From: Paraspadella gotoi
Lineage: Eukaryota > Animalia > Chaetognatha
Direction: 5' to 3'
DNA: 64,000 nt
Assembly: GCA_051294375.1 (NCBI GenBank)
Contig: CM119269.1
Location: 15,776,617 to 15,840,616 of the forward strand
The position numbers and the translations under genes are program-made. The notes beneath the pieces are model-generated. The model was given only the letters and a program-made list of their open reading frames with translations. It did not search any database and was not told where the DNA came from. Positions 1 through 12,551 of the stretch are shown one piece after another. The stretch's first letter is position 1. Each line of letters starts with the position of its first letter.

Positions 1-573
1 TCTCTCTCTATCTCAGTCTCTCTCTCTCTCTCTCCTTGTGCGCTCTCTCGTGTCATCTCTCAGTCTGTCTCTCTCCTCTCGTTCTCACGTCGTTCGTGCG
101 AAGGATTGAGTCTGAATTTCGAATCGAATCTCCGCCACCTGCTCGTCCTTCCAGTCGGTGACACCGTTCTTCCGCCAAGCGTCTTTCCTCCTGGTTTATC
201 AGTCAGCCGTCTTTTAGTCAGACGTATTTTTCGGCAGGTTTCTTTCCGTCAGGCGTTTCTCTGTCGTTGTTTTTCGTCCTGGTCTGCTTGTCTCTTTACC
301 TGACTATTTGTCTGACCATCGTCTTTTTGCCCCTTTTGCGACACAATCTTCGGTTTCTTTGGCTACATCGCATGTTTTTTGTCAGTTGTACAACTTCAGT
401 TTCTGAAATTTTCTAGAGATTTTTTTCTATTTCAGAGAGAAGGAAAGCTACGCGGGTACCATAAAAATTCGGTATGGCTTTTTTTAAAATGCTATCTTTC
501 CGCTTTTTTTCCTCAAGATTAGAATCGATTTCAATGCGGTTTCTTTATTTTCAGATTTTTCGATCAAATTCAT

Positions 574-609
<36 letters not shown>

Positions 610-624
610 TTTTTCTTTCTTTCT

Positions 625-663
<39 letters not shown>

Positions 664-665
664 TT

Positions 666-726
<61 letters not shown>

Positions 727-1388
727 TCCTTTTCATTTCCCTTTCTTTTCCGCCCTTACTTAACAGGCTCACCTGCTTGGTTCACGCGCGTCCAGGCGAG
801 AGCTTTTCCAGTAACGCGAGATCAATGAGAAAGAAGTAAAATATGCAAAAGGAAAAAACCTCCTTAGTCTTTCTTATTTTGAAATGGATCAGGAAGTAAA
901 AGAAGTGAAGTCTTAAGTAAGAGAGGGATTCTAGGTAGCGATCACGCTCGGGATTTCACGCCGTTGTTAAATCACCGGAAAATCTTTATGCTGCAGAAGG
1001 AACATTATGCATTATGCATTATGCGTTAACACTTTAAAGCTTTTCTTTTATTGTGTGCTTTCATCAATTTAGGCACGCTTATTAGTNNNNNNNNNNNNNN
1101 NNNNNNNNNNNNNNNNNNNNNNNNNNNNNNNNNNNNNNNNNNNNNNNNNNNNNNNNNNNNNNNNNNNNNNNNNNNNNNNNNNNNNNNNNNNNNNNNNNNN
1201 NNNNNNNNNNNNNNNNNNNNNNNNNNNNNNNNNNNNNNNNNNNNNNNNNNNNNNNNNNNNNNNNNNNNNNNNNNNNNNNNNNNNCACACGTCCAAGAGAA
1301 GAGATGTCACTATTTCCAATTGTGTAACTTCACGTGCTATCTAAACTGCCGAATAAAGAAATCACACGAGACGCAACATAGTTTTATT

Positions 1389-1758
1389 TTAAATAATACA
1401 AAAAATATAACTGTAATCAACATGTGATGTTATCAATGTCGATAAGCTCGCGCGAACTTTGACTTTGAGAGCGAAATCGCACTGAATATCAATTGCGCAT
1501 TTAAGGCAGGTCCGTTCTGCACGACCGCTGGAATGTGACTGTAAGCTTCGGCTACATTGCAAAGAAACAATGCACACTGATCCTTCCTTCTCTCTCTCCT
1601 CTTCTCTCTCGAGCCTTTCTTTTTCTTGCGACCCTTCGTCATTATCTTCCCGCTCGTCTTTTTCTCTCTCTTCACTCCCGTTCTTTCGATCCAAGTTGAC
1701 ACACATGAACGCCAGCGACAACCAACCCCGAATTAAAGTTACAAGCCGATATACAACG
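1389..1758 (-). CDS. Candidate exon of an unidentified minus-strand gene (3' boundary uncertain)
   Basis: CTCTGCAG acceptor then open frame VVYRLVTLIRGWLSLAFMCVNLDRKNGSEEREKDE...; no recognisable domain. Confidence 0.3.
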
Positions 1759-2085
1759 CTGCAGAGAATGCCTCACTTTCATTACTCTACTCTCTTCTTC
1801 TCTTTTTTCTTTCTTTTTCATTTTTCTTTACTTCTTCATTTTCTCTTGATCACACGATTGTGTTTCTTTCTCTTTTCCTTCTTCTTTCTTCTTGGTCCTC
1901 TCCTCTCTCTTCTCTCCTCTCTTCTCTCTCTCTCTCTCTCTCTCTCTCCTCGTCTCTCTCTCTCTCTCTCTACTTCTTTTCTCTCATCTCTTCTCTCTCC
2001 TCTCTCTCTCTCTTACTCTCTCCTCCTCTCTCTATCTCCTCTCTCTCCCCTCTCCTATCTCTCTCTCTCTCTCTCTTTTTCTGGC

Positions 2086-2286
2086 CTGGATTCGTCTTTA
2101 TTTTCGTCCCCAAAGATTTTCATTTGCATGTAATCGTCGCCAAGGGCCTTTTTGAGCAAAGAGCGACGAAATGATAGGAATTCTTCATATCGTTCACCAT
2201 ATTCCACCGCAATGGCTCTTTTTATGCCGCGCCCAAAATATGGCGCTCCATGTTGAGCCGGTTTTTCGGATAGAATGGATTATTGT
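2086..2286 (-). CDS. Candidate exon of an unidentified minus-strand gene
   Basis: TTTTTCGTAG acceptor; protein-like frame PAQHGAPYFGRGIKRAIAVEYGERYEEFLSFRRSLLKKALGDDYMQMKIFGDENKDES. The first few codons appear to need a 1-nt fix in an A-run; the donor would be GC. Confidence 0.35.
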
Positions 2287-2615
2287 CTACGAAAAATTAC
2301 TATATTCGTTTAAAATCATTCAAAAATTTTAACAATATAATAAATATTATACAAAACCGTGAGTCTTGAAAACTTGCAGCGTCTTGCCGGCCCAAAATCA
2401 GTAGGTGACTAAATCAATTTAATTTAATTTAATTTAATCTAATTTAATTTCATAATACATTCTCCAGCACTCATAGTAAAAAGAAATCACGAACGTATAT
2501 CGAGTCAGTGACAAATGGTAAATCCCATTAAAAATCGGTTCTCATTTTAAAAATCCTCGTTTTACTGCCGTCGTTACTCTGAGGATTAAGTCGCCTTCAC
2601 GGAGGCGGACAGAGA

Positions 2616-2985
2616 GAAAACAAGAACGGTAATTCAAATGTATTGCGCCACAGTGACTCCCTTATCACGTGTATTTCTCGTGACATGTTATTATATGACA
2701 TGACATGATGTGACATGACATGAATACATGACTACAAAAACTTTCTTAGACCGTATATTTTTGACATGCACTGAATCAAAATTCTGTCTTTTATTCTGTC
2801 TTTTATTCCTTATAGTTTTAGGATTTCCTGAAGGCAGCGCTAGGAGTCCCTTAGATTTGAGTTTGTTTTTTTTGTTTTAACAAATGAGCAACCAACAATA
2901 GTTAAATTATATGAATTTTTAATGTAAGTGACCGACTTACCGAGTGACTGACTGACCAAAAAGTGACTCGCGACGCAACTAAAAA
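2616..2985 (+). mobile_element. Dispersed repeat family X, copy 1 (non-autonomous, HINE/MITE-like)
   Basis: Shares TGCGCC(A/G)CAGTGAC..CACGTGTATTTCTCGTGACA, (CATGA)n, a GAC-rich tract and terminal CGCGAC(G/A)CAACTAAAAA with copies at 3076-3420 (-) and 52775-53018 (+). Confidence 0.7.
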
Positions 2986-3075
2986 GGGAATTTCGTCGAA
3001 TGCGTTTCTGCCCCTCAGTCTTAACTTAAATCATCTTAACTTAAATCATCATATTTATTTATTATTAACCAATGA

Positions 3076-3420
3076 TTTTTTAGTTGTGTCGCGAGTACTC
3101 GCGGAGCAATTCTATGAGACACTTTTAGGTTGGTCGGTCGCTTTGTCAGTCGGTATGTCTGTCTGTTGGTCTGTCCCACTTATTTTAAAAATGCAAATAA
3201 TTCGCCTATAGTTAGTTGCTCATTTGTTAAGACAGAAGAAAGAATTCCGATGCAGTGCGTATCATAAATAGACAGGCTAGAAAAGTTATTGTTGTCATTT
3301 AGTCATGTCATGTGGCGTCTTGCCATGTCATGTCACGTCATGTCCTGTCATGTCACGAGAAATACACGTGAAAATAAAGTCACTGCGGCGCAGAACATCG
3401 GATGAACCGATCTTGTTTTC
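3076..3420 (-). mobile_element. Dispersed repeat family X, copy 2 (inverted relative to copy 1)
   Basis: Reverse complement aligns with copy 1 along its length, e.g. TTAACAAATGAGCAAC(C/T)AAC and GAAAACAAGA.CGGT. Confidence 0.7.
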
Positions 3421-4566
3421 GTTAAATTTAACGCGATTTTCTACTCAAGCGACCGAAAAAGCAAATAATAATTAAAATAAACAAAATCGAATATTTTTTG
3501 CAACCAGTGATTTTTTTTTCTCCCGTCGTTCGTGTGAGTCGGAGGCTGAAGAGAGAGAACGGAATCCCGTGGGAAATCGGGTTTTGGTCATTGCAGAGAT
3601 TGCAAGGAATCGTCGGGGGAAGGATGTTGCTTCTTTTCTTTTGCTGATGGTAAACCTTACTTTTAACTTTGGGTATGAGAGCCGGCATAAAAACATAAAT
3701 AAAAATCTTTATTGACAAAAACAATCATCGAAAACATTATGGATTATCTCTGTCTCTTTCCATTTAAAAAAAATATAGTCTAGTATGGAATATCATTTTT
3801 TTTTCACTTTTTTTTGGAAAATCTCGCTTTTTTTCCTTCTAAACTTAACTATATTTTACTTAAGCGAGATTTTTAAGCTCGAATAAATAAGAAAAAAAAT
3901 TCTTTTAAGTTTGGGATTTTTTGTAATATATCCTTTCAGGGATTTTGCCTCTCGAGGCCACACTTTCATCTTAAATCATAAATTGGGGGGGAAAAAAATT
4001 CCGGTGGTCGACAGTCGACATCGCCTTTTTGAAATAGGGAAAAAGTTGTAGGAATATAGCGTGTAAAGAAAAAGAAAATATATATAGCCATATTATATTG
4101 GTAGTTATAAAAAATCATTACATTATAAAAGAATATACTTTACATAAAGAATATAATTAAATTTAATATATAGTGAAATAAAGTATTATTTTACATTTAA
4201 TAAAAAATTTTAAAGTCTAATATAGTAAAACAAGTAATCTTGCAATTTTTCTTAAAAAGGAAACGTTTTTAAAAAGTTTCATACCATTGATAAATTATAC
4301 TTCATCTAATTTATTTTCATTTTGTATTCATAGGTTAGTTCTTAAAAGTAATATCTCCCAATAGAAAGACAGAATGACCGATAAATATATAATTAAGTCG
4401 CTATAATAAAGATTTTGAAACTACTTTGTGTTTACGTTAAAAAAAATTATATGACTAATGACATGAGATTAAACAGTTAAAAAACGAGGAAAAAAGAACG
4501 CTGTGACAGGAACAGGAGTGACTGGCAAGCAAGAGAGAGAGAGAGAGAAGGAGAGAGAAGAGAAGA

Positions 4567-4601
<35 letters not shown>

Positions 4602-4771
4602 AGGAGATTAGAGAGGGGGAGGAGCGACTGACAGAAAAAAAAACTTGAAATTCGCCGTAATCCAAAGGAGGTGATATAAAAAAAAGTCACGATTTCCAAT
4701 AAACGTCCCCAAGCAAATTCCAGGTCGTCACCTTGTCAATGATTCTTCCCAGTCGTCCGAGTTTCTCCGCC

Positions 4772-4880
4772 TCCATCTTTTTTCCACCTTTTTAACCACC
4801 TTTTTTCCCCACCTTCTTCGCCACTTTTTTTACCACTCTTTTCGCCACCTTTTTCGCCATTTTTTTTCCTCACTTTTTTG
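4772..4880 (-). repeat. 12-bp minisatellite (AAAAAGGTGGCG-like), about 9 units
   Basis: CCACC/CCACT plus a T-run recurring every 12-13 nt on the + strand. Confidence 0.75.
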
Positions 4881-7157
4881 CAGGCTTTTTCTTGCTCAGA
4901 GCTTCCCATTGTTACCTAACCGATGATAGAAAAAAAAACTTTCAGCAAATTGTGTTAAGCTTGTCAGATGTGTTTCAAAAAGTTTACAACCAGATACTGA
5001 CAGAGAAGATGCATTAAGTGAGTGGAATGATGATAAAGTGACTCGACCATTTGCAATATCAAAGTGAGTCAATTATCAATTATCACCGAACTGGACAGAC
5101 AATGAACTGAATCGATTGGCAGTCTATTTCATCCGGAGAGTCGAGAGCCAGACCAGGAATTGACTCAATCCTGTTTCACCATTTCAATCTCAGATGGAAG
5201 GCCTCGCCTCCACCTTGGCGCCTCACCGTCGCCAACCGATGTCTCTTCCGCCCATTTGAGGCTCGAACGAGGGAGAGAGGGGAAGGGAGAAAGGGGAGGG
5301 GGCAAGGGTGCAAGAAGGAAGGTGGGGCGATGGAAACGGGTAAGTGGACCAGTTGGAAAAGTGAGGCTGCAAGAAAAGGCGATGAAAACGATAAAGGCAA
5401 CAATATAACAATACACCCGTGGAGATGCTAGCATCCCAGGCACGAAGGGACTTTGGAAAAGTTCAGTGGGTCCGCGCTGCCGCCGCTTCGACCATGCAAA
5501 TTTCTTAGGTGGAGACAAGTGGGGTCGTACAAGGGTGACGGAGAAGGAGGGTGCAGTTGAGGGAGTTGTAGGCGATCAGCCGTTTCGCAAGGTTCAACGA
5601 CGCTGGCGAGGTGCGGCGCGGGCTGCGCAGTTTTAATCCTCGTCTCAGGAGGCGCAGGTGCGATGCAGTCGATTTTGACGATCGACGATCGTCCATTTCG
5701 CCGATGCTCTTTTTTTTTGTTTTCGTCTTGAATTTCCGATTCCAGAACAAAATAGAAACACTGGCGTCTGTTATCCGCTGATCTCCTTTCCACGCTCGCT
5801 GATTTTGGGTCACTGAAAGGGGGGGGTGGGCGAGTTGGTTGACAAATGAAGCTAACTTTTTTTGTTTGAAAAAGGTTTCTTTTCTCTTGTCTCTGGTAGT
5901 TTTTTTTACAGTATTGCGAAATAAAATTATTTTCAAAAAGACAATATAATCAGTCTGATATGATTATTGATTAGTATTATTAAGCTGAGAGTTTCAGTTA
6001 AGGATTTTTGGATGCTTCGTTAACGACTGCTCATTTGTTTCGTCAACCACGTCGAAGATTCCCGCGTGTTTCTCCTCCATATTCGACCATGAGCCTCGTT
6101 TTCGATTAGGGCAGATTTCGAAATCAGAACGAGAAAACCCTACGGATTTCGCACTCTCTCTCTCTCTCTCTCTCTNNNNNNNNNNNNNNNNNNNNNNNNN
6201 TAAAGCGCATTTGTGACGGAATCTCTCAGAATACTAATCCTCAAGGTTTGAAATGGATCTTACTTTCCAATACAATCTTTTAAAACATGCGAGTTATATA
6301 TACTTAAAATCTTCTCATCCTATAATTATCCTATTCTTCAAAGTTGAAATCGGATATATTTCTTCATAATATTTTTAAACACCTGCTAGTCACTATAATT
6401 ATATCATCGCGTCTTTCTTTTCCTACAGTTCAAGTCGGTTCTCAAATGATATTCTAAAATCGACAAATGTACTTTCAACCTAAAGTGACAGCCGGTAAAA
6501 TTAATGTCATCATAGTTTGAAGTTGGCCCCCGGCAGAGCGTTTTTGGAGGGTAATGGTATTTGAAATGGCGATTCTACAGAGCATTATTCCATTCTTCTC
6601 GCACAACAAGTCATATTAAATATTCTTTCAGGCACAGTGGGCGGGTTTGGGGAAAGAACAAACAACAACAACAAAGATGGTGCCGATGAAATTAGCTCTG
6701 AACAGAAGTCGGAGCCATCAACCCAATTTGTCCGGTAAACGATTCTCATTGCGTCTGTTTCCAAGTAAGCTATTTTGACAAACTCAGTTTTGTTATTGTA
6801 AAATTCAATCGTTAAATACGAGTTTAAAAAAGTAATGCTCAATCGTTATAGTCTCTCACTTATTACTTTTCTTGCACTGTCACAAATACGAAGAGAAGTA
6901 GACAGGTGGAAATATAGACAGTACATGGAGAGAGAGGAGAGAGAGAGAGAGAGAGTCCAGTAAATTGCTTCCCTAAACCATAAACAAAAACAAAGATGCC
7001 ATAAAACCAAAATCTTTTACCTCTCGGTTTTTCCTTTTGCCCTTTTTAGTTTTCTTTGATTTCTACAACAGACAATTGTTAATAAAATAATTCCGGATCA
7101 GTAACGCCTTTTTTTTCAAATTATTCACAAAAATAGCACATTTTGCGCGAATCTGTG

Positions 7158-7182
7158 ATTGGTCAAATTCGGTCACGTGACC
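7158..7182 (-). promoter_or_regulatory. E-box (GGTCACGTGACC) + CCAAT box module
   Basis: 12-bp palindrome at 7171-7182 and ATTGG at 7158-7162, i.e. CACGTG-N11-CCAAT on the minus strand. Confidence 0.3.
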
Positions 7183-8602
7183 TTAACAATCTTCGTTATA
7201 TTTTAAAGACTTTTTTTACTAGTAAATCAATGCTTATTTAAATTAGCTTGTTCTAATGTATACTATTTTGCATAAAAAAATTTTTCTATTTTAAATTTTT
7301 TAAACAATATTAAAGAGTAAAACCGAAAAAGTAAGTGTGTCAGAAAAACAAGCCAAAGTGCGGTCAAGCACGGCAAAAGAATACTTTAAAATTTTTCTCT
7401 TAATCTTTGCCTCTTCTTCTCTTCTCTTTCTTACTCTACAATATCTCTCTCTCTTCCTGTCTTCGTAAATCTCATTCCTTGTATTTTCTTCTACTAACAA
7501 TTTCTGGCTATATTTTTAACATTTCGGCCAAATACCGTTTTTGAATGCTTTTACTAACAAAAAGAAGCGGATCTACATTTTTGTCCCTAAATTCATGTGA
7601 TCTTTCATTTCAACAATTGTTTTTTCAAAAAACTTTTATAATATATATCTTAACTAATACATTACAAATAATTTTTTTTTTTCACAATATCATTTAAAAT
7701 ATCTTCGAAAACATAAATAAATAGAAAAGTCCAATCGGTATTTACGGTAAGATATGACTTTTAGGAAACTTTTCTCATTGTATCTCCCTCCCTCCTCCCC
7801 TCCTCTATCTCTCTCTCCATCCTCTCTCTCCACCGCTTCTCTTTCCCTAGAATCGACGTTTCGTCTGTTTTTCCAGAGATTTATTCCTCTTCGCCGTCAG
7901 AGGCGTTAGGGTTGAGATTCTTCCCCGTTGGCCTTTTGTTCGCATCTCGTCCGTCGATCGCGCTGGAAAAGGCATATCGCTCTCTCGAGCGTATGATTCG
8001 CGTTTTGACGAGAGGCCATTTTCGGACAGATATTGAGATGAAGATTTGGTCGAAAACTGACCTAGATTTTGTTATGATTTCTCCGAGATTTGGGATCGAA
8101 TTGACCCAGTTTAGAAATCCAAAATTAGAATGTGCGATTTGATAGTAATAACATTCTGGTATTAGAGTTCATTTTAAACATTTCAGACGTGGAATTTTAT
8201 TAAGACTAGTAGTCTTCAAAGTATCATCTTTTTTTTATGAAAATTAAAATAGTTTCATACATTGAGCTTTTTTAATTTGTTATAATTGAAAATTATTTTT
8301 AATCAATTTCGGCAAATCGGACGGATTTTTTTAGCCAATTTCCATGCAATCACAATTCACACTCTTCGGGCGAGATCTCTCGTCGTTCACTCGTGATTTT
8401 TTTTTTCACGGCTTCTCGCGGTTTTTTGTTCTCGAGTTACGCAATCACATCACAGCTAATTATGAATCCCTTTTGTTTTCATAATTTTTGCTTCGTGATT
8501 TCGAAAATGCAAAAAAAAAAAGTATTGGATAACGAAGTATGGGAGAAACAGAGAGAGAGAGAGAGAGAGAGAGATGAGACGAGAGAGAGAGAGAGAAGAG
8601 AC

Positions 8603-8648
<46 letters not shown>

Positions 8649-9482
8649 AAAAAAAAAAATAACGGAGAAGAGGAAGAAAAAAATCAGAATTTCAGATTCC
8701 GCTCCGCTATTTTCAGATTCCAGCTTCATCCAAGAGACCATGTTTACACCAAAAGCCTCGGGAATGGGCCGGACCGGAACTTTGGATTTGTGCGGGAAAG
8801 GATGGAGTATGGTGGGGCGGTGGGGTTGGAAAGGATGAGGTATTGGTGGGGTGGGGGTCGGGAAAGGAGGGAGGCGGATAGGGGGTTCTAAAAGGGGGGG
8901 GGGAAGATTGGCGGGAGGGATCGATGGAAAAAGCAAAGATTAGACGAGAAAAAAATTTTAGGGGAGGAAGGCAGGAAAGGGAAAAAAGGGAAGATGAAAA
9001 AAGAAAGGAGAAAGGAAAAGAAAGAGAGAGAAGTTGAATAGAGGAGAGAGGAAAAGGAATCAAGGGCCGATAGTAGAGAAAGAAAAAAGGACAGGCAAGG
9101 GAGACTAAGGGGAAAAATATTTTTTTCTTAGGGAGGGAAGTAGTGATCGGAAAAAGGAGGGAAAGGAAAGGAGAAAAGAGAAAAATGGGAACCGTAGAGA
9201 AAGGAATAAGGGCTGACAAACGAAATAAAAGGGAAGAGCGAGGCTAGGGTAAGATATGAACTATAAAGGTAAACGAAATAACAGGGAGGGAGAAAATGAA
9301 TGAAGGAGTCATAAAAGAAGAGGGAGGAGAGAAGGAGATATGTGGGAGGGTGCAGGTGTAGGTGCAGGGAATAGAGAGAAAAGAGATTAGAAAGTCAGAA
9401 TCCGCAATTGAGGTCGAGCGAGAAGCGGCGTCACTCAAATGTCGAAATCCACGGAGGCCGGATTTGAGAGCTGGAACCAAAA

Positions 9483-9514
<32 letters not shown>

Positions 9515-10667
9515 CGACGACGATGATGTCGACGATGAAGTTAGCAATCAAGGGACGACACGTCCCTTCGAACCGGCTCTGTCTTTCATGGAGGGACAGA
9601 ATCGCCGAGNNNNNNNNNNNNNNNNNNNNNNNNNNNNNNNNNNNNNNNNNNNNNNNNNNNNNNNNNNNNNNNNNNNNNNNNNNNNNNNNNNNNNNNNNNN
9701 NNNNNNNNNNNNNNNNNNNNNNNNNNNNNNNNNNNNNNNNNNNNNNNNNNNNNNNNNNNNNNNNNNNNNNNNNNNNNNNNNNNNNNNNNNNNNNNNNNNN
9801 NNNNNNNNNNNNNNNNNNNNNNNNNNNNNNNNNNNNNNNNNNNNNNNNNNNNNNNNNNNNNNNNNNNNNNNNNNNNNNNNNNNNNNNNNNNNNNNNNNNN
9901 NNNNNNNNNNNNNNNNNNNNNNNNNNNNNNNNNNNNNNNNNNNNNNNNNNNNNNNNNNNNNNNNNNNNNNNNNNNNNNNNNNNNNNNNNNNNNNNNNNNN
10001 NNNNNNNNNNNNNNNNNNNNNNNNNNNNNNNNNATAAAAGAGATAGTATGAATAAAAAATCGTTGAATTTCCAAAAAATTGAATTCTACGAATCCGTTAT
10101 CTATCATACACCGAAACACCATCATTCGTAAAAATATTCCGGAACAAAATGTGAAAAAGAAAAAAAAATATTCTCCCTCCCAATTTTTTTTTGCCTATTT
10201 ATTCGAATAAATTTTTTTTTAAAAAATTCGGTTTTTTTTTGCTGATTCGACTTTCGAGCGTCAATTTGCTCGATTAATCGTTAATTCTGATTAAAAAAAA
10301 AAAAAAAATCGGCAGCGATTAAAATAAAATCGATTATAAATCTAAAATTGATTCCAAATCGATTCCTACATATATATTGAAACTGACAAATTTCACTCTC
10401 GACCAATAGGAATTTAATTGATCTCTCAGTCAAATGACCGTTAAGCACCATTTCTTTTTTTTTATCGCTTTGACATGAAATGGTTCAACCGAGGGTCATT
10501 TCTATGGATTGTCGTCGTTGTTGTTGATTAAATTGATTCTGTTTCATTCGGATAAAAGCTTTTCTCGAAGACGGTGAAAAAAAATTGTAAAACATTGAAA
10601 ATCCAATTACTTAAAATCCTGATCTTATTGTAATTTCCAAATGAGGTTTATGCAATTTAAAAATATA

Positions 10668-11941
10668 ACGAATATGAAGATCGATTGTAGAGACGGACAT
10701 ACTAGAGTAGAGATGGCCAAAGGAATTTGTCAAGTGTCTCACCGAGTCACCGTGAACGAAAGACTTTAATAATTAAAGTGAAAGGGAATCATTTTTTGGT
10801 GATAGGGTAGATGATGGAGAAAAAAGGGCTGGACTTGTCAAATTGAAAATCATGTGGTGATGGAGTTAAAAAAGCTGGAGTTGTGAAATTTAAAATTTGT
10901 GGAGATTGAGTTTCGGAGTCAACAACAGCTGAATGTCACGGATAGAGTCAACAATGGCTGCAGTTGTGATTTTGAAAAGTTGGACAATGAATGTATACTA
11001 CATGAAATTGAATGTCATGTGATGGAATGTTGCAGACTAGAACGGAGGTAGTCGTGATTTTGAATACTTTTTCGAAGTGAATGTAAATTATAGGAGAGAT
11101 GGAATGATAAATTTCTAAAATTTAGAGGAAAGTCATAAAGGATTAATAAAATGACGCAAAATGGTGATAGGAGGTTGTGGAGGTGAAGAAACATTTTAGG
11201 AAGGAGAATTAAAAACGAAACCATGACATTTAATGTCTCGGAGCTTTGACGACAAAGCGATGACGGAATGGGGTTTCCGTGTAGTGATGANNNNNNNNNN
11301 NNNNNNNNNNNNNNNCAGCGAAGAATGAATATGAAGATCGAATTGTAGAGACGGAACAACTTAGAGTAGAGATGGCCAAAGGATTTTGTCAAGTGTCTCA
11401 CGAGTCTACCGTGAACGAAAGACTTAATAATTAAAGTGAAAAGGGAATCTTTTTTTGGTGATAGGGTAGATGATGGAGAAAAAGGCTGGACTTGTCAAAT
11501 TGAAATCATGTGGTGATGGAGTTAAAAAAGCTGGAGTTGTGAATTTAAAATTTGGGAGATTGAGTTTCGGAGTCAACAACAGCTGAATGTCACGGATAGA
11601 GTCAACAATGGCTGCAGTTGTGATTTGAAAGTGGACAATGAATGTATACTACATGAATGAATGTCATGTGATGGAATGTTGCAGACTAGAACGGAGGGTA
11701 GTCGTGATTTTGGAATACCTTTTTCGAAGATTGAATGTAAATTATAGGAGAGATGGAATGATAAATTTCTAAAATTAGAGGAAAGTCATAAAGGATTAAT
11801 AAAATGACGCAAAATGGTGATAGGAGGTTGTGGAGGTGAAGAAACATTTTAGGAAGGAGAATTAAAAACGAAACCATGACATTTAATGTCTCGGAGCTTT
11901 GACGACAAGCGATGACGGAATGGGTTTCCGTGTAGTGATGA
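10668..11941 (+). repeat. ~620-bp tandem duplication across a 25-N gap (likely artefact)
   Basis: 10668-11290 is nearly identical to ~11326-11941 apart from single-base indels. Confidence 0.85.
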
Positions 11942-12050
11942 CAGGCCTTGGCGAGGGTGACACGCGGTGATGACAAAGGGGAGACTAACGATGGAGCCAC
12001 CATCGGCGCCAAAGTCCTGGCTGACGTTGAAGATGGGTAAACTCGTGATC
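11875..12050 (-). CDS. Candidate exon of an unidentified minus-strand gene
   Basis: (CT)n tract + TTAACAATAG acceptor, ATG|GTTTCG donor. Two frames are open; SRVYPSSTSARTLAPMVAPSLVSPLSSPRVTLAKACHHYTETHSVIACRQSSETLNVM fits the phases of the upstream exons. Confidence 0.4.
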
Positions 12051-12075
12051 CTATTGTTAAGCGTGAGGAAGGAGG

Positions 12076-12169
<94 letters not shown>

Positions 12170-12263
12170 GGTCGGAGGAGAAAGGAGTAGGAATGAAGAG
12201 TAAGGAAAGAAGAGAGAAAGAAGTCATCTATCGAAAAGACAAAGTTAAAAAAAAAAACGAATC

Positions 12264-12338
12264 CTTTTGTGGTCGTAGATGTGGTTGAAACGTGGAGGAT
12301 CTCCGACCACGCGGGCATCATCGCTCCTTGCCCCCTTC
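12264..12338 (-). CDS. Candidate 75-nt exon
   Basis: TTCCCCACAG acceptor; phase 1-1; donor would be non-canonical AAG|GATTCG. Confidence 0.3.
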
Positions 12339-12405
12339 CTGTGGGGAATGAGGAAACGCGTCATAAAACGAAGTGGAACTAAAATGTTTTTCAAGCATAT
12401 TTTAC

Positions 12406-12448
12406 TCGTTTCGCCCGGCGAGTTGTTAGTTGGACCCATGAGTACAGA
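12406..12448 (-). CDS. Candidate 43-nt exon
   Basis: Pyrimidine tract + TTTCAAAG acceptor, A|GTAAAA donor, 67-nt intron to the next candidate exon; SVLMGPTNNSPGET. Confidence 0.3.
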
Positions 12449-12472
12449 CTTTGAAAGGGGGGTTTAATGGAG

Positions 12473-12551
<79 letters not shown>

